The notes: generated by a model from the letters alone, not told the origin. Shown: positions 1-8,351, counted from the stretch's first letter. The stretch is 44,943 bases of DNA from Capsulimonadales bacterium (GCA_033762295.1 JANRLW010000035.1:1-44943); one strand, 5' to 3'. Made by a program: numbers and translations.

Positions 1-1
1 C

Positions 2-457
2 GGTCGGTTCGACATCGTCGGGCAAGTCGATCCGACGGTCGCCAGTAAAGGGAAGCACGACATCGAAGAGCTTCTTCTTCTGCTCCGGAGACAGTTTCTT
101 TTTTCCCACGATCAGACCGAACGCGATCGATTCGAATCCTAACTGATTCAGGTTACGTTCTGTCACATCGGTTTCTTTGACCACCGGACCTTTTTTGACC
201 ACCGCCACCCAGAAATCCGTATCCTCGTCCGAGATCGTCCCGGTCTGATAGATGGACTTACCGATCGCGGATAATCGTTCATAGTCGGAGCGAAGCAAAA
301 GGGCATCCTGATTATAGGGTTTGGCATTTTGATGTTCCTCCTCGCTTGGAACCGACGGTTGGACGGAAACGGATGGATTTTGGGAATTAGATGTTTGTTG
401 GCATCCGCACAGGAACAGAAACCAGCAAATGGTACACAGCGAAAGAACCCGTTTCAT
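2..457 (-). CDS. Predicted lipoprotein, 3' end runs off the window
   Basis: Own translation, not in the ORF track: MKRVLSLCTICWFLFLCGCQQTSNSQNPSVSVQPSVPSEEEH... It has a basic N-terminus, hydrophobic stretch, lipobox-like LCG-C and a Ser/Pro/Gln linker, and stays open to the window edge. Confidence 0.75.
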   Translation of the reverse strand, partial: MKRVLSLCTICWFLFLCGCQQTSNSQNPSVSVQPSVPSEEEHQNAKPYNQDALLLRSDYERLSAIGKSIYQTGTISDEDTDFWVAVVKKGPVVKETDVTERNLNQLGFESIAFGLIVGKKKLSPEQKKKLFDVVLPFTGDRRIDLPDDVEPT

Positions 458-579
458 GTTTTGCGAGACAGCTTTCTATATTTTTCGTTTTTGCCTTGAA
501 GAAACGTTCAGGTTCCTATACGCTATCGTTTTCCATCTTCTCATAACGTATAGGAACCATCCAAGGTCCCTCCGGGAGG

Positions 580-1185
580 TCAAATTCCCGAACCAAAAAT
601 CTTCGCACAAGCGCTCTGACAAGCATGCACAACGGCATCGGCTCGAATACCACAAGGTAGTTTCGGTTTTCCGGGTCCTGGCGTGCAACAATCGCCGCAG
701 GCGCTTTGACAACAGGCAAGGGCATCACCTGGATTGCTTTTTCGGCAAGTTTCCGCGAAGTACGCCGCGCAACCGATACAGGCAGTCTGACCGGGGCACG
801 GTCTCCACGGTATGTTTTGTAACTTTTTGCGATCGGCACATCCCCACCAGGTACACGGCACGCACTCCTTGCCCGGTGTCGGCGTACAATCCGTACTGCA
901 TCCCGGTTCCAGACACCAGCCGGGTGACGGATCCGCTGCGGCAGTAACTGAGATGCCCGCGTCCTTGAACTGCTTGGCGACTTCATGGGTGACGCGGTTG
1001 TTGCGCTCCCGGTTTTTCATGGAGGCCGACGCCGCCTGTGCCAGTTGCTCAACGCTGAACACGCCCAAAACTGCCATAGCGGATTGGACACCAATCTTCT
1101 TTAACGCGGCACGACGCGACATCTTTTCCTGTTCAAAACGCGCCCGCGCCTCCACAATGCCTTCCTCATTCATTTCGTCAGACAC
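580..1185 (-). CDS. Twin-arginine-like exported protein with Cys-rich C-terminal half (18 Cys)
   Basis: SRRAALKK motif followed by a hydrophobic segment; 18 Cys after residue ~90; strong RBS (AAGGAGG) upstream. Confidence 0.75.
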   Translation of the reverse strand: MSDEMNEEGIVEARARFEQEKMSRRAALKKIGVQSAMAVLGVFSVEQLAQAASASMKNRERNNRVTHEVAKQFKDAGISVTAAADPSPGWCLEPGCSTDCTPTPGKECVPCTWWGCADRKKLQNIPWRPCPGQTACIGCAAYFAETCRKSNPGDALACCQSACGDCCTPGPGKPKLPCGIRADAVVHACQSACAKIFGSGI

Positions 1186-1208
1186 AGATGCTTCCTCCTT
1201 GGTTGCTG

Positions 1209-1454
1209 TCAGGGAACGATTTTCGTTTTCCCGGTCGTCTCCTCTTCGTCCTTGTCAGTTACGAACCCGGAGATCGGTTCCTCATCGGCAAGTTCGTGTT
1301 CTCGTGTCTGCAATTCGGCTTCTTCTCGTTGCAAAGCGAGAACTCGGGCCGTGACCATCTCCACAAGATACGCGACCTGATCGCGTTGCTCGATGCGGTC
1401 AATCACGGCCTGAGCGACCCGGTCAACAAAGTCGTCGCTGTTATCAAGTAGCAT
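1209..1454 (-). CDS. Small acidic helical hypothetical protein (81 aa)
   Basis: Protein-like amphipathic helix, GGAGA RBS upstream, ends 23 nt before the Cys-rich gene. Confidence 0.65.
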   Translation of the reverse strand: MLLDNSDDFVDRVAQAVIDRIEQRDQVAYLVEMVTARVLALQREEAELQTREHELADEEPISGFVTDKDEEETTGKTKIVP

Positions 1455-1583
1455 AGATTTTCTCCGATACGGAATCTTCGTAGAGTGCCCGTACGAAAGA
1501 GAATATAGGTCAAAAAACCGCAGTAAGGAATGCCAAAATTGGTAAATCTACTTGCTGTCCTTGGTATTTTTTGTAGGGACGTC

Positions 1584-1601
1584 GGGGGGGGGGGGGGGGG
1601 G
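1584..1601. repeat. Homopolymer G18 tract
   Basis: 18 consecutive G in the intergenic region between the LuxR-type gene and the 81-aa gene. Confidence 0.9.
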
Positions 1602-1610
1602 AACACTGGC

Positions 1611-1865
1611 TTAAAATAAGGAATGACAGGGAAACCAGCCTTCGTGCAGTGCCGTCAGAAGCACCTCGGAACGATCCTCCACACCAAGTCGTGCAATCAT
1701 GCTCTTGAACCGACGATCTATCGTATGAGGCGAAAGACAGAGACGGTCCGCGAGCTTGCGCGAGGTGGCAGACCGTATTTCGACCGCTTTGCAAAGCACG
1801 TCCCATTCGGCCTCCGATAGGTCAAGCGACGGCATCGGTACGGCAGTCTTCTTACTGTTGGGCAT
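1611..1865 (-). CDS. Stand-alone LuxR/GerE-type HTH regulator
   Basis: LSEAEWDVL...SRKLADRLCLSPHTIDRRFKSMIARLGVEDRSE matches the LuxR C-terminal HTH pattern; no receiver domain. Confidence 0.8.
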   Translation of the reverse strand: MPNSKKTAVPMPSLDLSEAEWDVLCKAVEIRSATSRKLADRLCLSPHTIDRRFKSMIARLGVEDRSEVLLTALHEGWFPCHSLF

Positions 1866-2146
1866 ATTGTCCCCAATCTAATCCGGCCAAAATATACCGG
1901 CATGTTTTACGAACACTTTCTTTATATATATGCGCAAAATTTATTGATAATCAGCTAGAATTTGGTAGTAGAACAAGAAAATTAGGATCAAACCTTTTTT
2001 TGAGGTAGGTAAACGAGGTCTGATAGAGAACTGCTCGCACAAAGCGGGGACCATGCCTCCCCCCAATCCAAGGGCCATCCCTTCAACCGGACGGATCCGG
2101 TGGCGTCGCTCACTCCATGCCGTCGGGAACCGGTACCGGGACGTCA

Positions 2147-2155
2147 TGGTATACT
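2147..2155 (+). promoter_or_regulatory. Extended -10 promoter element for prfB
   Basis: TGGTATACT (TGn-TATACT) about 70 nt upstream of the prfB start. Confidence 0.5.
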
Positions 2156-2161
2156 GTTTGG

Positions 2162-2190
2162 GCTCCGGCGAGGGTAACCCTCGCCGGAGC
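2162..2190 (+). other. Perfect 13-bp GC-rich hairpin in the prfB 5' UTR
   Basis: GCTCCGGCGAGGG-TAA-CCCTCGCCGGAGC. Confidence 0.8.
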
Positions 2191-2224
2191 GTGCATTCCT
2201 GCACAAGAAGGGAAGTGAAACGTC

Positions 2225-3368
2225 TTGCTGAGTGAACTGTCAAAGGATATGCAGAGGCTTGGTGAGCGCGTCGTAGAGCTGGGTGGTCATCTTTGACATC
2301 ACCCAACGCGAAAAAGAGTTAGCCCTCCTGGAGGCGCAGTCCGAACAACCGGGCCTCTGGGACGATACGGCGCGGGCGCAGGCGGTGATGCGCAAACTGT
2401 CGCGGGTGAAACTGGACGTCCAGCCCTACCGCGAACTGGTCAAGCGTTTCGAGGATGCTCAGGTGCTGCTGGAGATGGCGCTGGCCGAAAAGGACGGCGA
2501 CCAGTTCGAGGCGGAGATCGAGGCCGAACTGAAAGGCATGCTGGCCGACGTGGAAGCGCAGGAGATCAAAGCTCTCCTGTCGGGTCCGCACGATGCCGCC
2601 TCCGCTTATCTTGAATTGAAGCCGGGGGCCGGTGGGACCGAGGCCTGTGACTGGGCACAGATGCTGTTGCGAATGTATCTGCGCTGGGCGCAGGATCACG
2701 GATTCAAGGCGGAGATCGTGGACGAACTGCCGGGGGATGTCGCCGGTATCTCGTCGGCGACCGTGCGCGTGGACGGACCGAACGCCTACGGTTTTTTGAA
2801 GTCCGAGCACGGGGTCCATCGACTGGTGCGCATCTCGCCGTTCAATGCGAACGGCAAGCGGCAGACGTCGTTCGCGGCGGTGGAAGTCGCTCCCCAGATC
2901 GAGGACGACTCGGAGATCGTGATCGATCCGGACGATCTGGAGATCGATACCTATCGCGCGAGCGGCGCGGGCGGCCAGCACGTCAACAAGACGTCCTCGG
3001 CGGTCCGGATCACGCACCGTCCGACCGGTATCGTCGTGCAGTGTCAGAATGAGCGGTCGCAGTTGCAGAACAAAGAGGTCGCGATGAAGATTCTCGCCGG
3101 GCGACTGGCGGAATTGAAGGAGCGCGAGGAGGAGGCCAAAATGGCCGCCATTAAAGGGGAGCAACGCGCGATCGAGTTCGGGAGTCAGATCCGGAACTAT
3201 ACGTTTCAGCCGTACACTCTGGTGAAGGATGTACGGACCGGCGCGGAAAGCGGAGATATACAGCGCGTGATGAACGGGGATATCGACCCGTTTGTGACCG
3301 CCTATCTGCGATGGCGCGCCGGTGAAGGAAGAAGCGGAGACGATGGAACGACAACAGACGACGAATAA
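2225..3368 (+). CDS. prfB: Peptide chain release factor 2, with programmed +1 frameshift at 2291-2297
   Basis: Short frame from TTG 2225 (MLSELSKDMQRLGERVVELGGHL) ends at GGT GGT CAT CTT TGA C. The +1 frame carries the SPF and GGQ motifs of RF2. Confidence 0.97.
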
Positions 3369-4032
3369 GCGTCGCAATTTCCGGAGCGGAGCAGGGATTC
3401 TGATCGGATCTCTGCTGCTGACCGGTCTCGGGGCGACCGTTCTGCCGGTCGGCTCCGCCATCGCCGCTCAGGCGACGATCTCGACAGCGAACGTCCGAAC
3501 CGCCGAAACCGAAGCCGGAAACCTTCTGGCTGACGCGGTTCGTAGCGCGGCGGGGGCGGAGATCGGATTTTTTCCGGCAGCGGCCTTCAAACCGGGCGTC
3601 TCGGTCGCCCGACCGGTCACCGCCGCGCAGGCGGCCACTCTGGTCGACCCGCCCACCGATGTCATCGTCGTGCTGAACCTGCGCGGCGATCAGGTCCTGG
3701 CCGCGCTCGAGCGATCCGTTTCGTTCGCGCCGCAGCCCAGCGCCGGCTTTTTGCAGGTTTCGGGCCTGCGATTTTCTTTCGATGTGCGTAAGGAGAGCCA
3801 GAAACGGGTCTCCAATGTCACCGTCAACGACCGTCCGCTGGAATCGGGCCGGGTCTATAAGGTCGCGACCACCCGGCCCCTCGGCAACGGTCAGCAGGGA
3901 TACGGTCGGGTCTGGGATCGCGCCAGCATCGCGTCCGATACGGGCAAGTCGCTGGAAGCCGCCCTCGCCGATTTCGCGCGCGGCGGAACGCTGTCACCGT
4001 CGCTCGATCGGCGGATCACGCAGACCCCCTGA
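3343..4032 (+). CDS. Secreted protein consisting of a 5'-nucleotidase C-terminal domain only
   Basis: Signal peptide, then ETEAGNLLADAVR...FLQVSGLRFSFD...YKVATT...GQQGY, typical of 5_nucleotid_C. ATG 3343 preferred over GTG 3322. Confidence 0.8.
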   Translation: MERQQTTNKRRNFRSGAGILIGSLLLTGLGATVLPVGSAIAAQATISTANVRTAETEAGNLLADAVRSAAGAEIGFFPAAAFKPGVSVARPVTAAQAATLVDPPTDVIVVLNLRGDQVLAALERSVSFAPQPSAGFLQVSGLRFSFDVRKESQKRVSNVTVNDRPLESGRVYKVATTRPLGNGQQGYGRVWDRASIASDTGKSLEAALADFARGGTLSPSLDRRITQTP

Positions 4033-4040
4033 GGCCCGAA

Positions 4041-4943
4041 GTGCGGCCCGATGAGCGGTCCGATGAGCGGCCCGACGAGGGAGCGATCGAACATGGAATG
4101 GTCGATGGCTCGTCGTCGGGCCGCTTCCGCTTCGATGGCGACCGCGCCTTCGTCGACCTCCGACAACAGACCGATTTCGGCCCCCGCGTTCCCGGAACCC
4201 CCGGACACCGTCAATGCCGCGACTGGCTTCTCGCCGAATGGGAGTCCGTTTGCGGAAACTGCCGGGCGCAGGACTTCCTGGCCGCCCCGCGCGGTCGTCC
4301 CCTGCCGATGACCAATATCCTCTCGGTACTCCGCCCGGAACTCCCCTCCCCGGTCCTGCTCTGCGCCCACTGGGATACCCGTCCCACCGCCGACCGGGAG
4401 CCGGACCCGTCGATGCGTCGACAGCCGATTTGCGGCGCGAACGACGGCGCGTCGGGGGTCGCCGTCCTGCTGCAACTGGCGCGGCATCTGGCCCTTGATC
4501 CGCCGCCGGTCGGCGTTCAGTTCGTCCTGTTCGACGGCGAGGACTACGGGCCGGGCCGGAAGAGTATGTTCCTCGGTTCGCGGCATTATGCCGCCGCGCC
4601 GGTCCTGCCCCGACCCCGGTTCGCGATTCTCCTGGACATGGTCGGCAGGCAGGGACTTCGCCTGCGCCGGGAGTACTTCAGTGAGCGGTTCGCGCCGGAG
4701 GTCAACGATCGCCTCCGGGCATCCGCCGTCGCGCTCGGCCTTCCCGAATACATCGATGAGATCGGAGCGGCGGTGGAGGACGATCATCTGTTTCTGCAGG
4801 CGATCGGATGGCCCGCCGTGGCGCTGATCGATATCGACGACCCGCACTGGCACACGCTCGCGGACACGCCGGAACACTGTTCCCCCCGCTCTCTGGCGGC
4901 GGTCGGGTCGCTGCTGTGGCATCTGCTCCATCAATGCGCGTGA
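4041..4943 (+). CDS. M28 family peptidase (glutaminyl-cyclase-like)
   Basis: AHWDTRP, GANDGASGVA, FDGEDYG, LDMVG, EDDH and HWHT..DT motifs. The true start may be ATG 4098. Confidence 0.88.
   Translation: MRPDERSDERPDEGAIEHGMVDGSSSGRFRFDGDRAFVDLRQQTDFGPRVPGTPGHRQCRDWLLAEWESVCGNCRAQDFLAAPRGRPLPMTNILSVLRPELPSPVLLCAHWDTRPTADREPDPSMRRQPICGANDGASGVAVLLQLARHLALDPPPVGVQFVLFDGEDYGPGRKSMFLGSRHYAAAPVLPRPRFAILLDMVGRQGLRLRREYFSERFAPEVNDRLRASAVALGLPEYIDEIGAAVEDDHLFLQAIGWPAVALIDIDDPHWHTLADTPEHCSPRSLAAVGSLLWHLLHQCA
4043..4078. repeat. 12-bp tandem repeat x3 (GCGGYCCGAYGA)
   Basis: Units at 4043, 4055 and 4067, plus a degenerate unit at 4031. Confidence 0.8.
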
Positions 4944-5004
4944 TGTTCCGCGGAAGGCCTCGCCTCCGACAAAAAAGGAAAGCGGATTTCGTTTGCTCGA
5001 TTTA

Positions 5005-5033
5005 ATGCACTTTTAATGAAATTATGCTATGGT
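5005..5033 (+). promoter_or_regulatory. Putative sigma70 promoter between convergent genes
   Basis: ATGCAC-17 nt-TATGGT with extended TG, in an AT-rich patch. Confidence 0.45.
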
Positions 5034-5039
5034 TGTTTT

Positions 5040-5107
5040 GTGTGATCTCCTTTTCTCTCTCCGTGCTGGGGAAGCGTCGTTTTCAGTAGAATTCGGCGCT
5101 TTTTTTT
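5040..5107 (+). ncRNA. Candidate small RNA with a CU-rich anti-SD-like tract
   Basis: Lies between the promoter-like site and the terminator; contains GATCTCCTTTTCTCTCTCC; no ORF. Confidence 0.4.
5072..5107 (+). terminator. Rho-independent terminator
   Basis: AAGCGTCG...CGGCGCTT stem with a T8 run (5100-5107). Confidence 0.75.
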
Positions 5108-5116
5108 CGTTCGGGG

Positions 5117-6199
5117 TCAGGCGATTTGCAGGTAGCGCAGGAGAAGCCGCATCAGGTGCTCCATCGCCTCCTGGTGCATGATCTCAAAGCCGTGGGAGTT
5201 GTCGGCGGCGAACGCGATCGTCACGGGCCGGGCGCAGAGTCCGCGGGCGGCGGCGCAGGACGCATCCGATCCGCCACGGGTCACCGCCTGCCAGTGCGGC
5301 GAGAGTCCTTCCGCCTGGGCCGCCTCCGCCAGCCGTTCGAGGTCGCGCGGATCGGTCGCCGCGAACGAGTCCGACACCCAGATGGTCGGCATCGCATCGA
5401 TCTCGAACGGCGCGTCGGGCGTGGTCGGCCCGATCTCCAGAGCGACGCAGATCTCCGGACGGTAGTTCTGCATCAGGTATTGCGCCCCCTCGCCGCCCAC
5501 CTCCTCGGAAGAGGTCGCCGCAAAAAGGATCTCCGGACGGTCGCCGAGCCGTTCCAGAGCCATCAGCCAGGTGACCAGATCCGCGCGGTCATCGAGGAAG
5601 TACGAACCGAGGAAACGCCCGCCGAAGTGCCAGAGTCGCCGCCGCTCCCGCGCGAGCACGACCCGACTGCCGGGACGGACCCCCGACCGTTCCAGTTCGC
5701 GCGGCGTTCGCCCCGGCAGAACTCGCACCTGATCCCAGGTGACGGCTCGCCCCTCCCGTACCTGCTGTATGGTCGAGGCAGGCGCGGTCGTATGGATGGA
5801 ACCGAACGACAGGACGGCGGGAACGAACGTCGGGGCGGCGACGGAACCGGCCAGAATCTCCACCGGTCCCTCCCCCCACTTATACGGGTGCGCCCCGCCC
5901 AGCGGCATTACCCGCAGATTCCCGTCGCTCTCCACGCCGGTCACCATCAGGGCGATCTCATCCAGATGGGCGGTCACCAGAATACGCGGACGCTTCGCCC
6001 CCTCCCGAAACGCCGGGTCGCCGACCAGGAGATTCCCTTTCGGATCCTCCCAACTTTGACGGCGCAGAGCGGCGATATAGACAGCAAGCGCGCCGCGAAC
6101 GGCGCCCTCCTGTCCGGGCGGTCCCGGGACGGCGACAAGCTCGCTCAACAGTTCGTGAGAGGATGGAAGAATGGACATGACCGTTGGTTTCCCACCCAT
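5117..6199 (-). CDS. M42 family metallo-aminopeptidase
   Basis: PGPPGQE, AHLDEI, LDDR, EEVG and HGFE motifs. The start may be ATG 6178. Confidence 0.9.
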   Translation of the reverse strand: MGGKPTVMSILPSSHELLSELVAVPGPPGQEGAVRGALAVYIAALRRQSWEDPKGNLLVGDPAFREGAKRPRILVTAHLDEIALMVTGVESDGNLRVMPLGGAHPYKWGEGPVEILAGSVAAPTFVPAVLSFGSIHTTAPASTIQQVREGRAVTWDQVRVLPGRTPRELERSGVRPGSRVVLARERRRLWHFGGRFLGSYFLDDRADLVTWLMALERLGDRPEILFAATSSEEVGGEGAQYLMQNYRPEICVALEIGPTTPDAPFEIDAMPTIWVSDSFAATDPRDLERLAEAAQAEGLSPHWQAVTRGGSDASCAAARGLCARPVTIAFAADNSHGFEIMHQEAMEHLMRLLLRYLQIA

Positions 6200-6202
6200 A
6201 CC

Positions 6203-6625
6203 CTACGACGAGGAAGCCACCTTCCCCTCCCCGGCAACGACCGGGGAAGCGGATTCTCCCGGTACGGAAGACGCGGGGGCGATCCGGGCGGTCGGGTCCT
6301 CGGCGACGGGTTCTTGTTCGTCTTGTTCGAAGGGCAGGAGACGCCACAGGCCCGTTCGAGTCAGCGTCCCCCGCAACTCCTCCGACGGCAGGACCACACA
6401 GCAGACCTTGACCAGACGGGCAACGCGCGCGATCGTGACCAGGGTGTTGATTCCGGCAATCTCGATATGAGACACCGAACGCAAGTCCAGCAGCAGCAGC
6501 GAGGGACGCTCGCCGATCGCCGAGAAGGCGACGTCGCGCAGGCGCAGGATCGATCCCAGATCGATCGCGCCCGTCAGTCGCAGGAGCAGAGAAGCCCCCT
6601 CATATCGCCGCTCAATCTGCAGCAT
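6203..6625 (-). CDS. STAS domain protein (anti-sigma-factor antagonist-like)
   Basis: LRLTGAIDL...LLLDLRSVSHIEIAGINTLV...LTRTGL pattern. The usual phosphoacceptor DSSG is replaced by EIAG. Confidence 0.8.
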   Translation of the reverse strand: MLQIERRYEGASLLLRLTGAIDLGSILRLRDVAFSAIGERPSLLLLDLRSVSHIEIAGINTLVTIARVARLVKVCCVVLPSEELRGTLTRTGLWRLLPFEQDEQEPVAEDPTARIAPASSVPGESASPVVAGEGKVASSS

Positions 6626-6838
6626 GTCGTCGCCAGACCCTTTGCGTTCCGTTATGGATTCGTACGTAATGCCTCGCCGGAATTTCGCTGTCGCGCCATC
6701 GTACCCTGTACGACTCCTTCCGGCAAACCGATAAATGGCTCAGGCACCGGCAGATTCGACCGGCGGCGGTTCCTGCCCGATCGGCGAGCGTACCATCGCC
6801 TCGAATCAGGTACAACCATTCCGTAAGGAGCATACGTT

Positions 6839-7465
6839 ATGGCCAATTCCCTCTCCCCCGCGGCCGTTACCGTCGCCGTTCGCAAGCCGATAAACCATCG
6901 GTTTCTTGTCATGGCGGCCGCCCCGATTCTTTTGCTGGTTCTCGCTATGGCCGCCCTGCGATTCCTGCCGAACGAGGAGGCGGACCCTGAGGCACGGCCT
7001 CGCCTCCGGCGTGTCCGCCTTCCTTCCCGGCCCTTCACTCCGGGTCCGCCGCTTTCCGAAAAATCCCGGCGGGCGATCCGTGACGTGGTTCAAGGTCAAC
7101 TCGACGCTTTCCGCCGCAACGACTACGCGGCGGCGCTTCGCTTCTCCGCCAGCGACTTCCGGGCGACGACCTCTCCGGAACAGTTCCGCGACCTGATTCG
7201 CGCACGGTACACGCCTCTCAGCACCAATGTCCGCGTGTATGTCCGTCCGCCGAGAAGCACGCCGAACGGTGCGAACCTGCTGGTGATCGTCCAGGACAAG
7301 CAGGGCAACCAGTCCGGGTTCTTCTATCAGGTGATTCGAGAGAGGGAAAACTGGCAGATCGCCGGTTGCGCCCCCGCCCCGCTCTATGATCTGGAACCGC
7401 CCGAACGTCGCCGCCGGAACGGTTTCGCGCCGTCGCCCACCGACTCACAGTACCGCCTGCACTGA
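6839..7465 (+). CDS. Membrane-anchored DUF4864-like protein
   Basis: N-terminal TM segment; IRDVVQGQLDAFRRNDYAAALRFSA...FRDLIRARY...WQIAGC pattern. Confidence 0.75.
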   Translation: MANSLSPAAVTVAVRKPINHRFLVMAAAPILLLVLAMAALRFLPNEEADPEARPRLRRVRLPSRPFTPGPPLSEKSRRAIRDVVQGQLDAFRRNDYAAALRFSASDFRATTSPEQFRDLIRARYTPLSTNVRVYVRPPRSTPNGANLLVIVQDKQGNQSGFFYQVIRERENWQIAGCAPAPLYDLEPPERRRRNGFAPSPTDSQYRLH

Positions 7466-7503
7466 TTCCTGACCGATTCCTGACCGATCCCTGACCGATT
7501 CCT
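7464..7503. repeat. 11-bp tandem repeat (GATTCCTGACC) x3.6
   Basis: Units at 7464, 7475 and 7486 and a partial unit at 7497, starting inside the stop codon of the upstream gene. Confidence 0.85.
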
Positions 7504-7592
7504 CGTCGCAGGCCGGTGCAGGAATCTCCGAACGCCGCCGCGTATGAAACGATAACACCTGTTTTCCCGGTATCCGGAAGGATTATACGAGT

Positions 7593-8351
7593 ATGGCGCT
7601 CTGCCACCTGAACTATTTCAGCCACGTCCTGCAAAAGCAGTCTGCCGCATTTATCATTGTGCCGGAAACCGGAACACCACCTTACCCGGTGTTATACCTG
7701 CTCCATGGTCTCTCGGACGACTATACGATCTGGCTTCGCCAAACCTCCGTGGAACGGTACGTCGCCGACCTCCCGCTGATGGTGGTTCTGGCCGACGGCG
7801 GACGCGGCTTCTACTGCGATGCGGAGGAAGGGTTCGCCTACGGCACGGCGATCGGCGTCGAACTGCCGGAGCGGATCGAGCGCACCTTTCCGGCAATGCG
7901 GACACGTGAGGGACGCTGCCTGGCCGGCCTCTCGATGGGCGGATACGGCGCCACCCGATTGGCGCTGACCTATCCGGATCGCTTCGCCGCCGCCGTCTCT
8001 CACTCCGGCGCGATGGGTTTCGGACATTTCCCGGTCGGTCACGACGCCCGGCCCTACCCCGCCGAGTTTCGCCGCATTCTCGGACCGACCCCCACCGGCG
8101 GGCCGAACGATCTCTTTGCTCTGGCCGAGAACGTCGCTCCCGCCGACCGCCCCGCCCTGCGGATCGATTGCGGGGTCGATGACTTCCTGATCGAACCCAA
8201 CCGGCAGTTCCACGCCCATCTGGAGTCCATCGGCTACCCGCATGAGTACGAGGAGTTTCCCGGTGCGCATACGTGGGACTACTGGGATGTCCACATTCGG
8301 GAAGCGATCGCCTTCCTGCGCGGTCAACTGCTCGATAAAACCGGAGCATAG
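7593..8351 (+). CDS. Alpha/beta-hydrolase esterase (FrmB/XynC-like)
   Basis: YPVLYLLHGLSD, GLSMGG nucleophile elbow, DCGVDD and GAHTWDYW. Confidence 0.9.
   Translation: MALCHLNYFSHVLQKQSAAFIIVPETGTPPYPVLYLLHGLSDDYTIWLRQTSVERYVADLPLMVVLADGGRGFYCDAEEGFAYGTAIGVELPERIERTFPAMRTREGRCLAGLSMGGYGATRLALTYPDRFAAAVSHSGAMGFGHFPVGHDARPYPAEFRRILGPTPTGGPNDLFALAENVAPADRPALRIDCGVDDFLIEPNRQFHAHLESIGYPHEYEEFPGAHTWDYWDVHIREAIAFLRGQLLDKTGA

Noticed and set aside
580..1185. Ferredoxin, c-type cytochrome or enzyme-modified RiPP call for the Cys-rich protein
   Set aside because: No CxxCH or canonical CxxCxxCxxxCP motif, and no radical SAM, YcaO or lanthipeptide enzyme in the window.
2283..3368. prfB starting at GTG 2283 as in the ORF track
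   Set aside because: The canonical frameshift site and the upstream first frame with an RBS explain the N-terminus better.
5126..6826. Long antisense or alternative-frame ORFs (e.g. 5126-6826, 34862-36370, 36834-38282, 38420-39808)
   Set aside because: They are Arg/Pro/Gly-rich shadows of well-supported genes, as expected in high-GC DNA.
7464..7503. CRISPR array (also considered for 4043-4078)
   Set aside because: Units are 11-12 bp, contiguous and without spacers; no cas genes.
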